Assembly (NCBI RefSeq): GCF_028641065.1 | Contig: NC_073391.1 | Location: forward strand, 45,942,001-46,006,000 | From: Leucoraja erinacea | Taxonomy: Eukaryota | Reading direction: 5' to 3' | Length of the DNA stretch: 64,000 nt | Shown: piece after piece, positions 52,481 through 63,273 of the stretch | Layout: every line of letters begins with the position of its first letter | How positions within the stretch are numbered: position 1 is the first letter of the stretch | Translations under genes and position numbers: made by a program | Notes under the pieces: model-generated | The model's input: only the letters and a program-made list of their open reading frames with translations | Told to the model about the DNA's origin: nothing | Databases searched by the model: none

Positions 52481-53498
52481 CTTGTATGTGGAGAGTCTGC
52501 AATCAATGTAACACAGCGGAAATTCCAACTATGTTACGAATGAACCAATGGCAGTTTTCTCCCTCCCTCCCTCCCCAGAGTAAACAGAGGAGGAAGAAAT
52601 ACAAGAACATTCCAGAGAAGTCAACAGAAGAGAAAGACTGGCAGAGTGACCAGATGGGCCGAGTGGCCTACATTGCATGCGGAGACAAGGGGTTCTCAAC
52701 AGAATTCATTTATTTGTAGACCATGGGCCGCGGTGCTTTTACATTTCATTTTGTGACCAAAATCATGTATCTACCTGTATTTATAACATATTGTGTAAAA
52801 ATATTATAGAAATCATACCTGAAACTCGTCAGCGGACGGTGGAGGCTTTCAAGAGAGTTAGATAAAACTCTTAGGGATAGCGGATTTAAGGGCTATGGAG
52901 AAAAATAATTGTCCAACCAAAGCACATTTGACCAATCACGCGCTTTGTTTCATGCTAGCTAGGCAGCGAGCACACTGGGATCATATCTGCCTCCTAATAA
53001 CATCACAACAATAGCAAGGTTTTGAAGGAAGAAAGGTAATGCTAACCTCTGGCAGATAATTTTGTTTTACAATTGATTGATCTTTGTAAAGTTATGATAT
53101 TCTGAACTGTGAAATAAAAATGATCAATAAAAATGTCGAGCTTGGGTCAGAGTCAGGGTTAGTGTCAGAGTTAGGGTTAGACATTTTCCTCTCAGTGGAA
53201 GATGCCTTAGCAGGGCTCTCAGTTTACTTTTTTTCTCTATTGCTAGCTGGGCAACCTGAGCAGCTTTTTATGAATGAATGAACGAATGAATGAATACGTT
53301 TATTGTCATTGTACAATACTGTGCAACGAAATTCCATTGCATCTCCTCCGGTTAAAAAATACAAAACACGACAACCATTGACACATATGTACACTTATTA
53401 GTAAAAATAATAAATCAGTATTTAAAAATAATTTTAAAAGAATGTTGCAATTCTTGGAATTAGATTTTGCTTCCCCAGTGTTCTCTGTTGGAATTAAG

Positions 53499-53815
53499 TT
53501 ATTTTATCGCACATGGGTAGAAACTATTTTTTAGTCTACCGGTGCGAGCCTTCAGAGACCTGAATCGCCTCCCAGAGGGTAGCAGAGTGAAAAGGTGGTT
53601 GGCAGGGTGGGATGTGTCCTGCTTGATGTTTGTGGCCCGGCGCAAGCATCGGGCCCTATATATATCATCCAAAGAGGGCAGTTGAGGGTTTGTAATGCTC
53701 TGTGCAGTTTTTATAACTCTCTGCAGCGCCCTCCTCTCAGCCACAGTGCAGCCAGCAAACCACACCAGGATGCCATAGGAGAGGATACTTTCCACGGCAC
53801 ATCGGTAGAAGGACA
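53499..53815 (-). mobile_element. Rex1/Babar-like LINE 3' fragment
   Basis: ESILSYGILVWF...ALQRVIKTAQSI...HPANHLFTLLPSGRRFRS. Confidence 0.75.
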
Positions 53816-53856
53816 GCAGCAGCCAAATGACAGTTTAGGTGGTCATCTCAGATGGC

Positions 53857-54295
53857 TGCTCTGCATTGGTGAGACCAAGCGTAGGCTTGGCGATCGCTTC
53901 GGCCAACACCTCCGCTCGGTTCGCAATAACCAACCCGATCTCCCAGTGGCTCGGCATTTCCACTCCCCCTCCCATTCCCATGCGACCCTTATGTCCTGGG
54001 CCTCCTCCATGGCCAGAGTGAGGCCCACCGTGAATTGGAGGAGCAGCACCTCATATTTCGCTTCGAAAGTTTACACCCCAGCGGTATGAACATTGATTTC
54101 TCCAATTTCAGGTAGTCTCTGCCATATCCTGCCTTTCCCAGCCCACAGTTTCTGCCTCTTCCTTTCTTCTTCCTGCCCCCCCCCCCCCACCCTCACATCA
54201 ATCTGAAGAAGGGTCTCGACCAAAACGTCACCTATTTCTTTCGCTCCATAGATGCTGCCTCAGCTGCTGAGTTTCTTCAGCATTTTTGTCCACCC
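53857..54295 (+). mobile_element. Penelope-like 3' fragment
   Basis: IGETKRRLGDRFGQHLRSV...PVARHF; terminal CTGAAGAAGGGTCTCGACC motif. Confidence 0.75.
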
Positions 54296-54334
54296 ATTCA
54301 CACAAGTTCTGTTATCCCACTTTCTTCACCCACT

Positions 54335-54520
54335 CCCTACACATTAGGGGCAATTTTACAGATACAAGTTAACTTACAAAGCCAATGCATCTTTGGAATG
54401 TGGGAGGAAACCCACATACTTGCAGGGACAATGTGCAAATTCAACACAGACAGTGCCCGAGGACAGGATCGAACACAGATCCCTGGTGTGTGAGGCAGCA
54501 AGTCCGCCAGCTGTGCCACT
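54335..54520 (-). mobile_element. tRNA-derived V-domain SINE
   Basis: GTGGCACAGCTGG...GTTCGATCC head and V-domain-like core on the - strand. Confidence 0.6.
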
Positions 54521-56220
54521 ATTTTGTTTTCCAACACACGAAAAATGATACGTTGATCACTTTGGTTACTAAAAAAAAGAATGTTTTCCTTTTGTCCAGA
54601 GATTCTGTCTGACCTGTTGAGTTACTCCAGCTTTGTGTGTCAATCTTCAGTTTAAACCAGCATTTGTACTTCCTACACACACACTACTACCGCAGGGGGG
54701 GTGGTGTGTACTGTGGGGGAGGAGGGTGGGAGGAGGGTGTCCCCACTCCCATTGGTACAGGGCTTTGGCATTTTTCAGCTTGAAATTGTGCAATATGGTG
54801 TATACTGTAGCGGGTCTTTTAACTTATGCTTGAATGCAATATATATGCTTTAAATTGCATTAGCTATGAATGTTAGACTAAATTACATTCCTAATTACAT
54901 TCCACAGTAGACCCCATGCTCTGGTCAACACGTGCAGCACATGAATGATCTTAGTATATTCATGTATGGAAATCAGATTATTATCAGACACTTGGCCCAA
55001 GTTGACCAACCTGGGTCTCACTGGGCCCCCTATTCTACTCTGATCATAGCTGCTTACCTGCTTAGGTACCCAGCGCTGAACACTCCCCTGGTCCCAGCTT
55101 TGACTGCCCATCTAGTACTATTCCAGACTTTGACACTGGATGCACACTTGGCCTTGCTCCTAGCCCCTCTGTACTGACAATATATCTGGCCCACACATAA
55201 AGCCCCATATCTGACCCCCTTGACTTAACCTATTATGTTCAAGTCCACAGGTGCTTATCTAATGCAGTAATCTTTCATGGGGCACTTCATAGACCAAATT
55301 ATGTACAACAAAATTTGCTACACTCATTGGCTTCCTTGTTATCTAACATGCTAGTTACTTTGTCAAAGAAGTCATCGATTGGTTGAACACAATTTCTCAT
55401 CCATAAAATTATACTCACGCAGCTGTATAAGTATTCTGTTATCATTTCTTTCATTTTCCTAACAAACTATAGTGGTGTCATTTTCAACCCCAATATTTTC
55501 AGTATTTTGCTGTCTTCCTCTCAGCTGGAGTTTTCCGAAATGCAAAGTCCAATAACCACATATTTAAGCAATATTATTCTATTAAATGTGATCTTGAGAG
55601 ACAAAATATTTTCTGTGGTATTCATAACACAACAATGATAAAATGATTTTTGTTTTGATTGCACCTACCAACATGCATACATTATTGTATTACAGTTAAT
55701 ATGTACCGAGGACAAATTTTTGTTCCAATGCTCCTCATTCCCAATTACTTTTACATTGAAGTGATTGAAATCCAAGTGAAGTTTAAATGGCATCATAAAA
55801 ATAAAACCTTCGGAATGGATGATATTCATTGGTTGGGGTCAGTATCAGCACAATTACTATATTAAATTTTGAATCTTCAGATGTCCTGGTTCAAGCTAAA
55901 ACTAAAGACAAATAATAATCTCCTCACACATTCCTCTGCAAGTATCTGTGTCACTCCTTTAAAATATGCCCCTTCTTTGAACAAGCTGAATCAGTTTCCA
56001 TCTGGTTATACTCCTTGAGGATGTTCATCTACATGTTCAATTAATAAAACAACGAGATTGGGGACATTTCTACTCAACCTGTCAAAGGAATTGTGGGGGG
56101 GGGGTGGGTTAGAAATAGTCAGTGAGGTAAATAAATGTAATAGTTGAGTGGCAAATAACAATAGTGCTACCTTCCCAATGTTTAACTGAAGGAAATAATG
56201 GGTTATCGGGGTTGTATGTA

Positions 56221-56635
56221 TCTCTCCCCCTCTCCCCTCTCTCTCTCTGCCCCTCTCTTTTCCCTAACTCTCCCTCCCCCTCTTTCTTCTCTCTCCCTTT
56301 CCTCTCTTCCCTTTTCCCCCTCACCCTTTCTCTCTTCCCCTCTTTCTCCCTCCCTATCCCTCTCTCTCCCCCCTCTCTCTCTCTCCACTCTCTCCCTCCT
56401 CTCTCTCTTCTGTCCCCTCTCCTCTCTCTCTCCCCCTCTCCTCTCCCCCTCCCACCCCCCCCTCCCCCTCTCCCTCCACCGCACCCTTCACCCTCTCTCT
56501 CTACCCTTCACCCCTCTCTCCCCCCTCCTCTCTCCACCCCTCCTTTTCCCTAACTCTCTCTCTCCCCCCCCCCTCTTTCCCCTAACTCTCCCTCCCCCAC
56601 TTTCCTCTTTCTTCTCTCTCTCCTCCTCTCCCTCG
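56221..56635. repeat. (CT)-rich polypyrimidine tract
   Basis: Low-complexity C/T sequence. Confidence 0.85.
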
Positions 56636-56924
56636 AATGCGCCACGGGGGGCCTGACTCGCCCACAGGCCTCCCAGGGAACTGCGGAGAAGCCGGGCGGC
56701 GAGGCCTGTCTGGGCTGAAGGAGCCACAGCGGCAATGGGAGCCTCGGCAGAGGTGGAGCGTGACAGGGGGCGGGGGAATTGGCGCGGGGAATACGCCGTG
56801 AAGATCAATGGAGGATCTGGCGTGGGGGAGCGGTGGGGACACTTTCATGTATGAGTATATGGCAATAAAACTTGATCACTTGATTTTGAAGCATCATGCA
56901 TGGTGGAGGTATAATGTAGTCACA

Positions 56925-57407
56925 GAGTTCACCAGACTGATTCCTGGGATGTCAGGACTTTCATATGAAGAAAGACTGGATAGACTCGGCTTGTACTCGC
57001 TAGAATTTAGAAGATTGAGGGGGGATCTTATAGAAACGTACAAAATTCTTAAGGGGTTGGACAGGCTAGATGCATGAAGGCTGTTCCCGATGTTGGGGAA
57101 GTCCAGAACAAGGGTTTACAGTTTAAGGATAAGGGGGAAATATTTTAGGACCGAGATGAGAAAAACATTTTTCACACAGAGAGTGGTGAATCTCTGGAAC
57201 TCTCTGCCACAGAAGGTAGTTGAGGCCAGTCCATTGGCTATATTTAAGAGGGAGTTAGATGTGGCCCTTGTGGCTAAAGGGATCAGGGGGTATGGAGAGA
57301 AGGCAGGTACAGGATACTGAGTTGGATGATCAGCCATGATCATATTGAATGGCGGTGCAGGCTCGAAGGGCCGAATGGCCTCTACTCCTGCACCTATTGT
57401 CTATGTT
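56925..57407 (+). mobile_element. CR1 3' fragment
   Basis: ORFs 56808-57077 and 57090-57320. Confidence 0.85.
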
Positions 57408-57849
57408 TAGTTTTAGAATCCTGTCTGCCCAGGGGATAAGTCTGTGTTTGTTTGTTTGTTCTGGTTTAGGCGCCAGCCAACATTCGCTTGTCCTTTTCTT
57501 TTTTTTTTTCATTTTGAATTTCAAGTTTATCTTTATTTTTTCACTTTTAATTTCAGGTTTTTGCCTACCTTGTCGCGTGTTGTGACTGATGGCAGACCAG
57601 TTTCCTTGCCGGGATGAATGAAGGTTTATACGTATAGATCGGCCATGACTGACTGGTGGAGTAGACAAGATGGGCCGAATGGTCTAAATCTGCTCCTATG
57701 ACATGAACTTATGAACTTTATACAGTGTCGAGGGCCGTCCAGGTGGGTTCTCACGTTCAAGGTCGTCAACTTTACCTCAGGGCTTCTTCACCAACCGCAG
57801 TGGGGAATCATCTCAATTGTTGAGAGCGAACTGAAGGGACAGCGCCAGT

Positions 57850-58110
57850 GACACGATGTGTGTGTGGAGTGGGCTCCACGTGTGTGTGTTGTGTGGAGTT
57901 GGGCTCCATTGCCGCCGGTAACACGGTGTGTGTGTGTGTGGTGGAGTTGGGCTCCATTGCCGCCGGTAACAAGGTGTGTGTGTGTGGGGTTGGGCTCCAT
58001 TGCCGCCGGTAACACGGTGTGTGTGTGTGTGGGGTTGGGCTCCATTGCCGCCGGTAACACGGTGTGTGTGTGTGGGGTTGGGCTCCATTGCCGCCGGTAA
58101 CACGGTGTGC
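57850..58110. repeat. Minisatellite, unit of about 40 bp: GTTGGGCTCCATTGCCGCCGGTAACACG(GT)n
   Basis: Five near-perfect units plus one degenerate unit, differing in (GT)n length. Confidence 0.9.
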
Positions 58111-58282
58111 GGGGGATTTGGGCGCCGACGGCCCCGGGCTGTGAACGAGCGGCGGCCGCGCGCCACAAGCAGCCGTTGGCCCCGGGCGTTTGAATCCCAA
58201 CGGCTGCAGCGCGAGCTAAGGGGGGGGGGGGGGGATTGGAGGAGCGGTTCAGCCGGCCACGTGGGTCCCACTTAGTCTAGTA

Positions 58283-58302
58283 CAAAGATCCTAGGATCTT
58301 TG
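58283..58302. mobile_element. Putative P-like transposon excision footprint
   Basis: Palindrome CAAAGATCCTAGGATCTTTG between 8-bp direct repeats GTCTAGTA. Confidence 0.7.
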
Positions 58303-58427
58303 GTCTAGTATGTTATAAGTACAGGTAGACACGTGGTTTGGGTCACAAAATGAAACGAAAAAGCACCTCTGCCCATGGGCTACAAATAAATGAGTTCTGT
58401 TGTAAACCCCTTGTCTTACAAACTTAA

Positions 58428-59584
58428 AGCACACGGCATTGGGGGTTCAGTATTGATGTGGATAGAGAACTGGCTGGCAAACAGGAAGCAAAGAGTAGGA
58501 GTAAACGGGTCCTTTTCACCAAAGATCTTTGCTTTTCACAATGGCAGGCAGTGACTAGTGGGGTACCGCAAGGCTCAGTGCTGGGACCCCAGCTATTTAC
58601 AATATATATTAACGATCTGGACGAGGGAATTGAAGGCAATATTTCCAAGTTTGCGGATGACACTAAGCTGGGGGGCAGTGTTAGGTGTGAGGAGGATGCT
58701 AGGAGACTGCAAGGTGACTTGGATAGGCTGGGTGAGTGGGCAAATGTTTGGCAGATGCAGTATAATGTGGATAAATGTGAGGTTATCCATTTTGGTGGCA
58801 AAAACGGGAAAGCAGACTATTATCTAAATGGTGGCCGATTGGGAAAGGGGGGAGATGCAGCGAGACCTGGGTGTCATGGTACACCAGTCATTGAAGGTAG
58901 GCATGCAGGTGCAGCAGGCAGTAAAGAAAGCAAATGGTATGTTGGCTTTCATTGCAAAAGGATTTGAGTATAGGAGCAGGGAGGCTCTACTGCAGTTGTA
59001 CAGGGTCTTGGCGAGACCACACCTGGAGTATTGCGTACAGTTTTGGTCTCCAAATCTGAGGAAGGACATTATTGCCATAGAGGGAGTGCAGAGACGGTTC
59101 ACCAGACTGATTCCTGGGATGTCAGGACTGTCTTATGAAGAAAGACTGGATAGACTTGGTTTATACTCTCTAGAATTTAGGAGATTGAGAGGGGATCTTA
59201 TAGAAACGTACAAAATTCTTAAGGGGTTGGACAGGCTAGATGCAGGAAGATTGTTCCCGATGTTAGGGAAGTCCAGGACAAGGGGTCACAGCTTAAGGAT
59301 AAGGGGGAAATCCTTTAAAACCGAGATGAGAAGAACCTTTTTTTTCACACAGAGAGTGGTGAATCTCTGAAACTCTCTGCCACAGAGGGTAGTTGAGGCC
59401 AGTTCATTGGCTATATTTAAGAGGGAGTTAGATGTGGCCCTTGTGGCTAAGGGGATTAGGGGGTATGGAGAGAAGGCAGGTATGGGATACTGAGTTGGAT
59501 GATCAGCCATGATCATATTGAATGGCGGTGCAGGCTCAAAGGGCCGAATGGCCTACTCCTGCACCTAATTTCTATGTTTCTATG
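58428..59584 (+). mobile_element. CR1 (HER1-like) LINE, 5'-truncated
   Basis: ORFs 58458-58967 and 58828-59370 ([18 protein letters not shown]-terminus) and tail. Confidence 0.88.
58520..58531. mobile_element. Putative P-like transposon excision footprint
   Basis: Palindrome CAAAGATCTTTG between 8-bp direct repeats CTTTTCAC; absent from the homologous CR1 site at about 47240. Confidence 0.7.
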
Positions 59585-60034
59585 TCTCCGCATGCAATGT
59601 AGGCCACTCGGCCCATCTGGTCACTCACTGTCAGTTTTGTCTTCTGTTGACTTTTTGGAATGTTCTTGTATTTCTTCCTGTTTAAGAAGGTACTGCAGAT
59701 ACTGCAAAACCAAAGGTAGACAAAATGCTGGAGAAACTCAGCGGGTGGAGCAGCATCTATGGAGCGAAGGAAATAGGTGGCATTTTGTGTCGAGACCCTT
59801 TTTCAGACGGCAAGTGACAACATATGTCATGCTGTCATTTGAGGTCGGAGCACCAAGGCAAATTCCTTGTATGTGATTAGGTGGTCAATAAACGTATTCA
59901 AACTCAAACTTAATTGGTTCGTGAGTCTGATAGTTCCAACATTCGGCACTTGTGAGTGTAATGATTTTTAATGGTATCGACGAGAGAGGTCGCTGTGTTA
60001 AATTGACTGCACACTCTCCACATACAAGGACCAA

Positions 60035-60370
60035 GTGACTGTTGTCCATTGGGGAACGCTGAGCTGGTGATTACAGATCATGTCCATGGCGCCGACTTTA
60101 CCCAGAAATCTCCGCGCCCCAGAACTCACCCTATGTTGCAGGCGATACCTAGCGCGCAGGCGCGGAGAACCCGGAAATGGTGCTGCCAAGGCGCGCATGC
60201 GGTCCGTGGACCAAAAGACTCCGGAGGATCGGCGGCGGGTAGGAGCGGGGATCCGGGCGCGGGATCAGTCAGCACCGAGGCCCCGGCCTGAGGAGCGGCC
60301 CCCGGCTGCGGGGAGAATCGGTGCGGTCCCCGGCGGCGTGAGCGCATCGAATGCACGGATTGACCGGTGA
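60035..60370 (+). promoter_or_regulatory. Promoter/exon-1 cassette for ZNF 60554-62545 (inverted copy)
   Basis: TTTACCCAGAA 60097, GCGCAGGCGC 60154, CCGGAAAT 60171, GCGCATGCG 60193; donor GT 60239, acceptor AG 60432. Confidence 0.65.
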
Positions 60371-60553
60371 GAGGAAGGGTCCCGACCCGGACAGATCTTT
60401 ACCTGTTAATTTATGGTCAACTCTTTTTACAGGGTAGAAGAAGCAGAGGATTGATGTTCAGGAATCTCTAACTCGTTTATTTCACCGGCGCCTGAACGTG
60501 TGGGAGGATTCACTGCGTCAGCTGATCCGCCCGGACGCCAGACAGGTCACAGC

Positions 60554-62545
60554 ATGGAGAAATTACTGGCCAGCTCTGAGTGTGGGCAGGGATTAAACCA
60601 ATCTTCCCACCTGTTGACCCGACAGCAAGTTCACACTGTGGAGAAACCGTTTACCTGTCCCGATTGTGGGAAGGGATTCACTCAATCGTACCAACTGAAG
60701 AGGCACCAGCGAATTCACACCGGGGTGAGGCCGCTCACTTGCTCTGAGTGTGGGAAGGGATTCTTTCGTTTATCGGCGTTGCAGGTACATCGGAGAATTC
60801 ACACGGGGGAGAGGCCATTCGTCTGCTCGGAGTGCGGGAAGGGATTCACTCGTTCATTCTCATTGCTGAAACACCAGAGAATTCACACCAGGGAGAGGCC
60901 GTATGTCTGCTCGGAGTGCGGGAAGGGATTCAGCCAAGCTTCCCTGCTGGTGTCCCACCGGCAAGTTCACGCTGTGCAGAAACCATTTCCCTGTCCCGAT
61001 TGTGGGAAGGGATTTGCTGAAGCAGACGGCCTGAGGAGGCACCAGCAAATCCACACCGGGGAGAGGCCGTTTGTCTGCTTTGTGTGTGGAAAGGGATTCG
61101 CTCGTTCGTTTTCATTGTTGATGCACCAGCGGATTCACACTGGCGAGAGGCCGTTCATCTGCTCCGAGTGTGGGAAGGGGTTCAACCAAGCTTCCCACCT
61201 GGTGACTCACCAGCAACTTCACGCTGCAAAGAAACCATTTCCCTGTCCCGATTGTGGGAAGGGATTCACACAGGCAGACAGCCTGAAGAAGCACCAGCTT
61301 ATTCACACCAAGGAGAGGCCGCTCACCTGCTCCGAGTGTGGGAAGGGTTTTTTTCGTTCATCTGCGTTACGGATACACCGGAGGATTCACACCGGGGAGA
61401 GGCCCTTTGTCTGCTCCCAGTGTGGGAAGGGATTCAGCCAATCTTCCCACCTGAAGAGACACCAGCAAGTTCACGCTGTGGTGAAACCATTTACCTGTCC
61501 CGATTGTGGGAAGGGATTCTCTCGAGCGAGCCAGCTAAAGTGGCACCAGCAGATTCACACCGGGCAGAGGCTGCCAACATGTCCGCGAGTTCAGACCGGC
61601 GAGAGGCCGTTTACCTGCTCCGAGTGTGGGAAGACATTCACACATTCTCGCAACCTGAGGAATCACGAGCGGGTTCACGCTGCAGAGAAGCCGCTTGCAT
61701 GTCCAGATTGTGGGAAGGGGTTCACTCAATCGTGCCAACTGAAGAGGCACCAACATATTCACACAGGGGAGAGGCCGTTCACTTGCTCTGAGTGTGGGAA
61801 GGGATTCATTGGATCATCTCAGTTGCTGATACACCAGCGAATTCACACGGGGGAGAAGCCGTTTGTTTGCCCTGAGTGTGGGAAGAGATTCATTGAATCA
61901 TCTGCATTACAGATACACCAGCGAATTCACACCGGAGAGAGGCCGTTCACCTGCTCTGAATGTGGGAAGAGATTTACTCGTTTTTCTGTCATGAGAACAC
62001 ACCAGAGAATTCACACCGGGGAGAGGCCGTTCACCTGTGCTGAGTGTGGGAAGGGATTCAATCAATCGTATCTGTTGGTGACACACCAGAGAATTCACAC
62101 CGGGGAGAGGCCGTTCACTTGCACTGAGTGTGGGAAGGGATTCGCTCATTCATCTACGTTAGCAAGACACCAGAGTATTCACACTGGGCAGAGGCCATTC
62201 AGCTGCTCTGAGTGTGGGAAGGGCTTTGCTCACTTTGATCAGCTGAGAGCCCACCAGCGAGTGCACACTGGGGAGAAACCATTTGCCTGTCCCGAATGTG
62301 GCAAGGGATTCACTCAAGCCGGCAATCTGAAGAAGCACCGGCAAAGACACACCGGGGAGAGGTCGTCAACCGGTTTTGGGTGTGCGGAGGGGCTCAGCGA
62401 GCCGCCCGCGACGGTAGAAATCACGGTGAGGCGTGGCCGAATCCCACGGAACCGGGAACCCGCCTGGAGAGGGAGCTCGCGCCGTGCGCCGCACCAGGGC
62501 TGCGCCACAGCGGACCCGGGCTCTGACGTGGAGACGGTCAAATGA
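60554..62545 (+). CDS. C2H2 zinc-finger protein, 20 fingers plus a non-finger C-terminal tail, 663 aa
   Basis: ATG at 60554 (in-frame stop upstream; the ORF track starts at a GTG); intact ORF. Confidence 0.92.
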   Translation: MEKLLASSECGQGLNQSSHLLTRQQVHTVEKPFTCPDCGKGFTQSYQLKRHQRIHTGVRPLTCSECGKGFFRLSALQVHRRIHTGERPFVCSECGKGFTRSFSLLKHQRIHTRERPYVCSECGKGFSQASLLVSHRQVHAVQKPFPCPDCGKGFAEADGLRRHQQIHTGERPFVCFVCGKGFARSFSLLMHQRIHTGERPFICSECGKGFNQASHLVTHQQLHAAKKPFPCPDCGKGFTQADSLKKHQLIHTKERPLTCSECGKGFFRSSALRIHRRIHTGERPFVCSQCGKGFSQSSHLKRHQQVHAVVKPFTCPDCGKGFSRASQLKWHQQIHTGQRLPTCPRVQTGERPFTCSECGKTFTHSRNLRNHERVHAAEKPLACPDCGKGFTQSCQLKRHQHIHTGERPFTCSECGKGFIGSSQLLIHQRIHTGEKPFVCPECGKRFIESSALQIHQRIHTGERPFTCSECGKRFTRFSVMRTHQRIHTGERPFTCAECGKGFNQSYLLVTHQRIHTGERPFTCTECGKGFAHSSTLARHQSIHTGQRPFSCSECGKGFAHFDQLRAHQRVHTGEKPFACPECGKGFTQAGNLKKHRQRHTGERSSTGFGCAEGLSEPPATVEITVRRGRIPRNREPAWRGSSRRAPHQGCATADPGSDVETVK

Positions 62546-62669
62546 CCACAGAGGAAGAGGATTAAACCTTTTACTGCCTTCCCAGCACAGCGGAAATTGT
62601 TGATTCTGCTGTGGGGGGACGTTCGTGTTAATTTCTCTAGTGTGTTCTGTTTTTCTTTTTTCTTTTGTG

Positions 62670-63273
62670 TGGATAGGGTGGTAAAGAAATCTTTTGGTGT
62701 GCTGGCCTTTATAAATCAGAGCATTGAGTATAGAAGTTGGGATGTAATGTTAAAATTGTACAAGGCCACTTCTGGAGTATGGTGTACAATTTTGGTCGCC
62801 AAATTATAGGAAAGATGTCAACAAAATAGAGAGAGTACAGAGGAGATTTACTAGAATGTTGCCTGGGTTTCAGCAACTAAGTTACAGAGAAAGATTGAGG
62901 GGGGACTTGATAGAAGTCTCTAAATGATGAGAGGGATATGCAGAGTTGACGTGGATGAGCTTTTTCCATTGAGAGTAGGGAAGATTCAAACAAGAGGACA
63001 TGATTTGAGAATTAAGGGACAGAATTTTAGGGGTAACATGAGGGGGAAACTTCTTTACTCAGAGAGTGGTAGCTGTGTGGAATGAGCTTCCAGTGGAAGT
63101 GGTGGAGGCAGGTTCGAATTTATCATTTAAAAATAAATTGGATAGGTATATGGACGGGAAAGGAATGGAGGGTTATGGTCTGAGTGCAGGTAGATGGGAC
63201 TAGGTGAGAGTAAGTGTTCGGCACGGACTAGAAGGGCCGAGATGGCCTGTTTCCGTGCTGTAATTGTTATATG
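62670..63273 (+). mobile_element. CR1 3' fragment (TTATATGG-tail family)
   Basis: IERVQRRFTRMLPG, TRGHDLRIKG; tail at about 63270. Confidence 0.8.

Noticed and set aside
57850-58110. Repeat-spacer pattern resembling a CRISPR array
   Set aside because: The spacers are (GT)n, the context is eukaryotic and there are no cas genes; it is a minisatellite.
58428-59584. Possible autonomous CR1
   Set aside because: 5'-truncated and frameshifted; no full ORF2 anywhere in the window.
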